NCBI GenBank assembly: GCA_002104945.1 | Contig: MCFH01000154.1 | Coordinates: forward strand, 1-23,178 | Direction: 5' to 3' | DNA: 23,178 nucleotides | From: Piromyces finnis finn | Lineage: Eukaryota > Fungi > Neocallimastigomycota | Shown here: positions 20,459 through 23,178 of the stretch, piece after piece | Numbering within the stretch: position 1 is the stretch's first letter | Layout of the letters: the number at the start of each line of letters is the position of its first letter | The notes under the pieces: generated by a model | What the model saw: the letters and a program-made list of their open reading frames with translations, nothing else | Database searches by the model: none | What the model was told of the DNA's origin: nothing | Translations under genes and position numbers: made by a program

Positions 20459-21030
20459 TGAATATATATGATTTTTATAACACTTTATATTTGTGAATTT
20501 CTTTTAACATTTCTTGGAATTTTATTTAAATTATTTAAGGAAAAGATAATTTACAATATTATCCTTTAATATTTCTTGGGATTATACTTAAATTATTTAG
20601 GAGAAAAATAGTTTACAATATTATTCTTTAATTTCTTCTAAGACAAATCAAATAAATGAGCGAATGTGCGGTTCTTTCTAATCGTAATTATTATTAAATA
20701 TTTATGACTAATATAAAACTATCACTTAAATTGCTTTATTAAATATTTATATATATAAAAGCATTTCTAGTGAATTAAAGGAATAAACCTTTATTTAAAT
20801 ACATAGTCATAAAAAATACTAATATTTCATAATTAAAATTGTTAAACTGGTGAGATTAATGATATATATTGTTTTTAATCTAATAATGATAAATGGACAT
20901 TAATTAATCAATTCGATAATATTTAATTAAAATTTGTTTTTAAAAATACTTTCAGAATTCATGATTAGCAGGATCATATAACATTTCTTATATTATATAT
21001 TTGATTTTAGTAAAAATTTTATAAATAAAA

Positions 21031-21210
21031 TTATAAATATAAATATAAATATAAATATAAATATAAATATAAATATAAATATAAATATAAATATAAATAT
21101 AAATATAAATATAAATATAAATATAAATATAAATATAAATATAAATATAAATATAAATATAAATATAAATATAAATATAAATATAAATATAAATATAAAT
21201 ATAAATATAA
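21031..21210. repeat. (TATAAA)n microsatellite
   Basis: About 30 perfect hexamer units. Confidence 0.97.
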
Positions 21211-21247
21211 TAAATAAAAAGTGGTATATTTATATTTTTTATTAAAA

Positions 21248-21319
21248 TGGAGAGTGAGTGATTCGAACACCCAACCTTCCGCTCTGGAGGCGGACGCGCT
21301 ACCGTTGCGCCAACCCTCC
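21248..21319 (-). tRNA. tRNA-Trp(CCA)
   Basis: Minus strand reads GGAGGGT..GCGC-AACGGTA-GCGC..TCCGC-CTCCAGA-GCGGA..GGGTG-TTCGAAT-CACTC-ACTCTCC-A, followed by TTTT. Confidence 0.95.
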
Positions 21320-21986
21320 CACTTCATTGACTTCTATTAATTTTGTTATGGTATGATATTACCTTAATTCTATAAATGAATATAGAAAGTGACAATCTGT
21401 ATCTAAAATTTAATAAATAGAAATAAAAAAAAAAATAATAAATGATTTTTATACTTGTTCATTTGAAAATCTTTGTTAATTTAAAATATAAATTTATTTT
21501 ATTTGTTCATTTGCAAGTCCTTGTTAGTTAAAAATATAAATTTATTTTATTTAATTATAAAGTTTTAATATTTAATAACTCTTGTATTATTAAATATATA
21601 TATATATTATTATTATTCAATACATCTCGTATGTGTATTATTATAATTACAAATATTATTTTATATAAATTATATATCTAATTTTACTGGATTATTAGGA
21701 ACCATTTAATAAATTTAATATAATATATCTAATTTTGACGGATTATTAGGAACAATTTTTAAAATAAAGTAATTCTAACACTATTTATACATTTATATTA
21801 TTTTAAAGTATTATATTAATAAACAATTAATTAGCTATTTAATTAATTAATAAATAAATAAGTAGTTTCTTGTTTACATTTATAATTTTAAAATTAATAA
21901 TTTATATAAATACTTTAGTACTAATTTAATTATTTATTTGTGTTTAAAATAATGTTATTAATAAGTAGGGTTAGAGCATTATGACC

Positions 21987-22062
<76 letters not shown>

Positions 22063-22085
22063 TAATAATAATAATAATAATAATA

Positions 22086-22153
<68 letters not shown>
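21987..22153. repeat. (AAT)n microsatellite
   Basis: Trinucleotide array with a few interruptions. Confidence 0.95.
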
Positions 22154-23178
22154 CTTTATAAAGAATTAATTTTATGAATTTAACTAAACTATTTATATTC
22201 TTTGTAAAATTTAATTTAATAATAAAATAACTTTCGATACATAATTTGTTTTCATAACATATTTAATAATACTAAACTAAACATAAAAATAAAATATAAT
22301 TTGTTAACTAGATATTAATAATATTAATAATACTAACTATTATATAAATAATTATTTATAGTTAAAAATAGTATAATTTTTTAATTCAAAGATTATGAAA
22401 TATTTTAATATTTTATTGAAATAATTATTATAAAATGAAGTTATTATCTTCCCGAGGATTAAATTGGAAAAGATAATTTAGTTTTACAGAATGATTTATG
22501 AGTGATACATCAGAAGTGATCATTCTCTGAATTATCAATAATCATTTGTGCATAAAAATTGTTAAACACGGTATCTCGCAAACCAGGAAAGATATCATGC
22601 TCGTGGCTTTCTAATGAACGTGGTTTCATCAAAGATAATTTCATCAAAAAACCAACATTCGTTGTCGAGCTATGAATGATTTTTGTTATTAAATTATGGT
22701 CTTAAGGGCTAAAGGTGTTTATAATAACCTTTATAGAGTGTTAAGATCGTATTACTTTAATTTTAATATTTACCAATATTGTTTTGTATTTTTTAAAATT
22801 TGATAAATATTAATTTTTTTTAATATTTCAAAAGTAATTTCACAACTTCAACTAGTATTCGTGACATGACCTGGAATTTATACTAAATATAGTATTTTCT
22901 GTTTGTTACATGTCACAAATAATAAATAATTAAATTTATAAATTAAATATATTATTATAATGAAAATTATTTTAAACACAGATTAAAAGTAATTAAATTA
23001 GTATTAAAATATTTATATATAAAATCATTAGTTTTAAAATTATAAATGTAAACAAGAATTATTTTTTTTTTCATTTGTTTATTAATTATCTATTTTAAAA
23101 TATTAATATAACACTCTAAAATAGTATAAATGTATAAATAGTGATAGAATTAGTTTATTTAAAAAAATGTTCCTAATA

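Noticed and set aside
21031-21327. 98-aa ORF MKWEGWRNG...(YL)n
   Set aside because: It is the tRNA-Trp gene read as codons, followed by the (TATAAA)n repeat.
21670-21760. Two ~35-bp imperfect direct repeats (TATATCTAATTTT..GGATTATTAGGAAC)
   Set aside because: A local two-copy duplication with no other associated structure.

Overview
This is an extremely AT-rich eukaryotic window with no recognisable host protein gene. My best guess for the host is an anaerobic gut fungus (Neocallimastigomycota); a dictyostelid or other AT-rich eukaryote is not excluded. It holds five tRNA genes (Val-TAC, initiator Met, a D-arm-deleted Glu-TTC directly followed by Arg-TCT, and Trp-CCA), long microsatellites, and LTR retrotransposon material from at least three families. 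The centrepiece is an intact, very young Ty3/Gypsy element of the Tf1/sushi type (12338-19053, minus strand, 494-bp LTRs differing at 2 sites, TATGA target-site duplication (TSD), one 1801-aa Gag-PR-RT-RNaseH-IN ORF with a chromodomain-like tail). The three copies of this family with an intact end lie 11-13 bp upstream of a tRNA gene, which suggests Ty3-like Pol III start-site targeting. Its primer-binding site (PBS) is complementary to its own LTR (Tf1-type self-priming) rather than to a tRNA. A second, unrelated LTR family also shows a self-priming PBS, in a non-coding mini-element whose left end is an inverted R-U5 copy.
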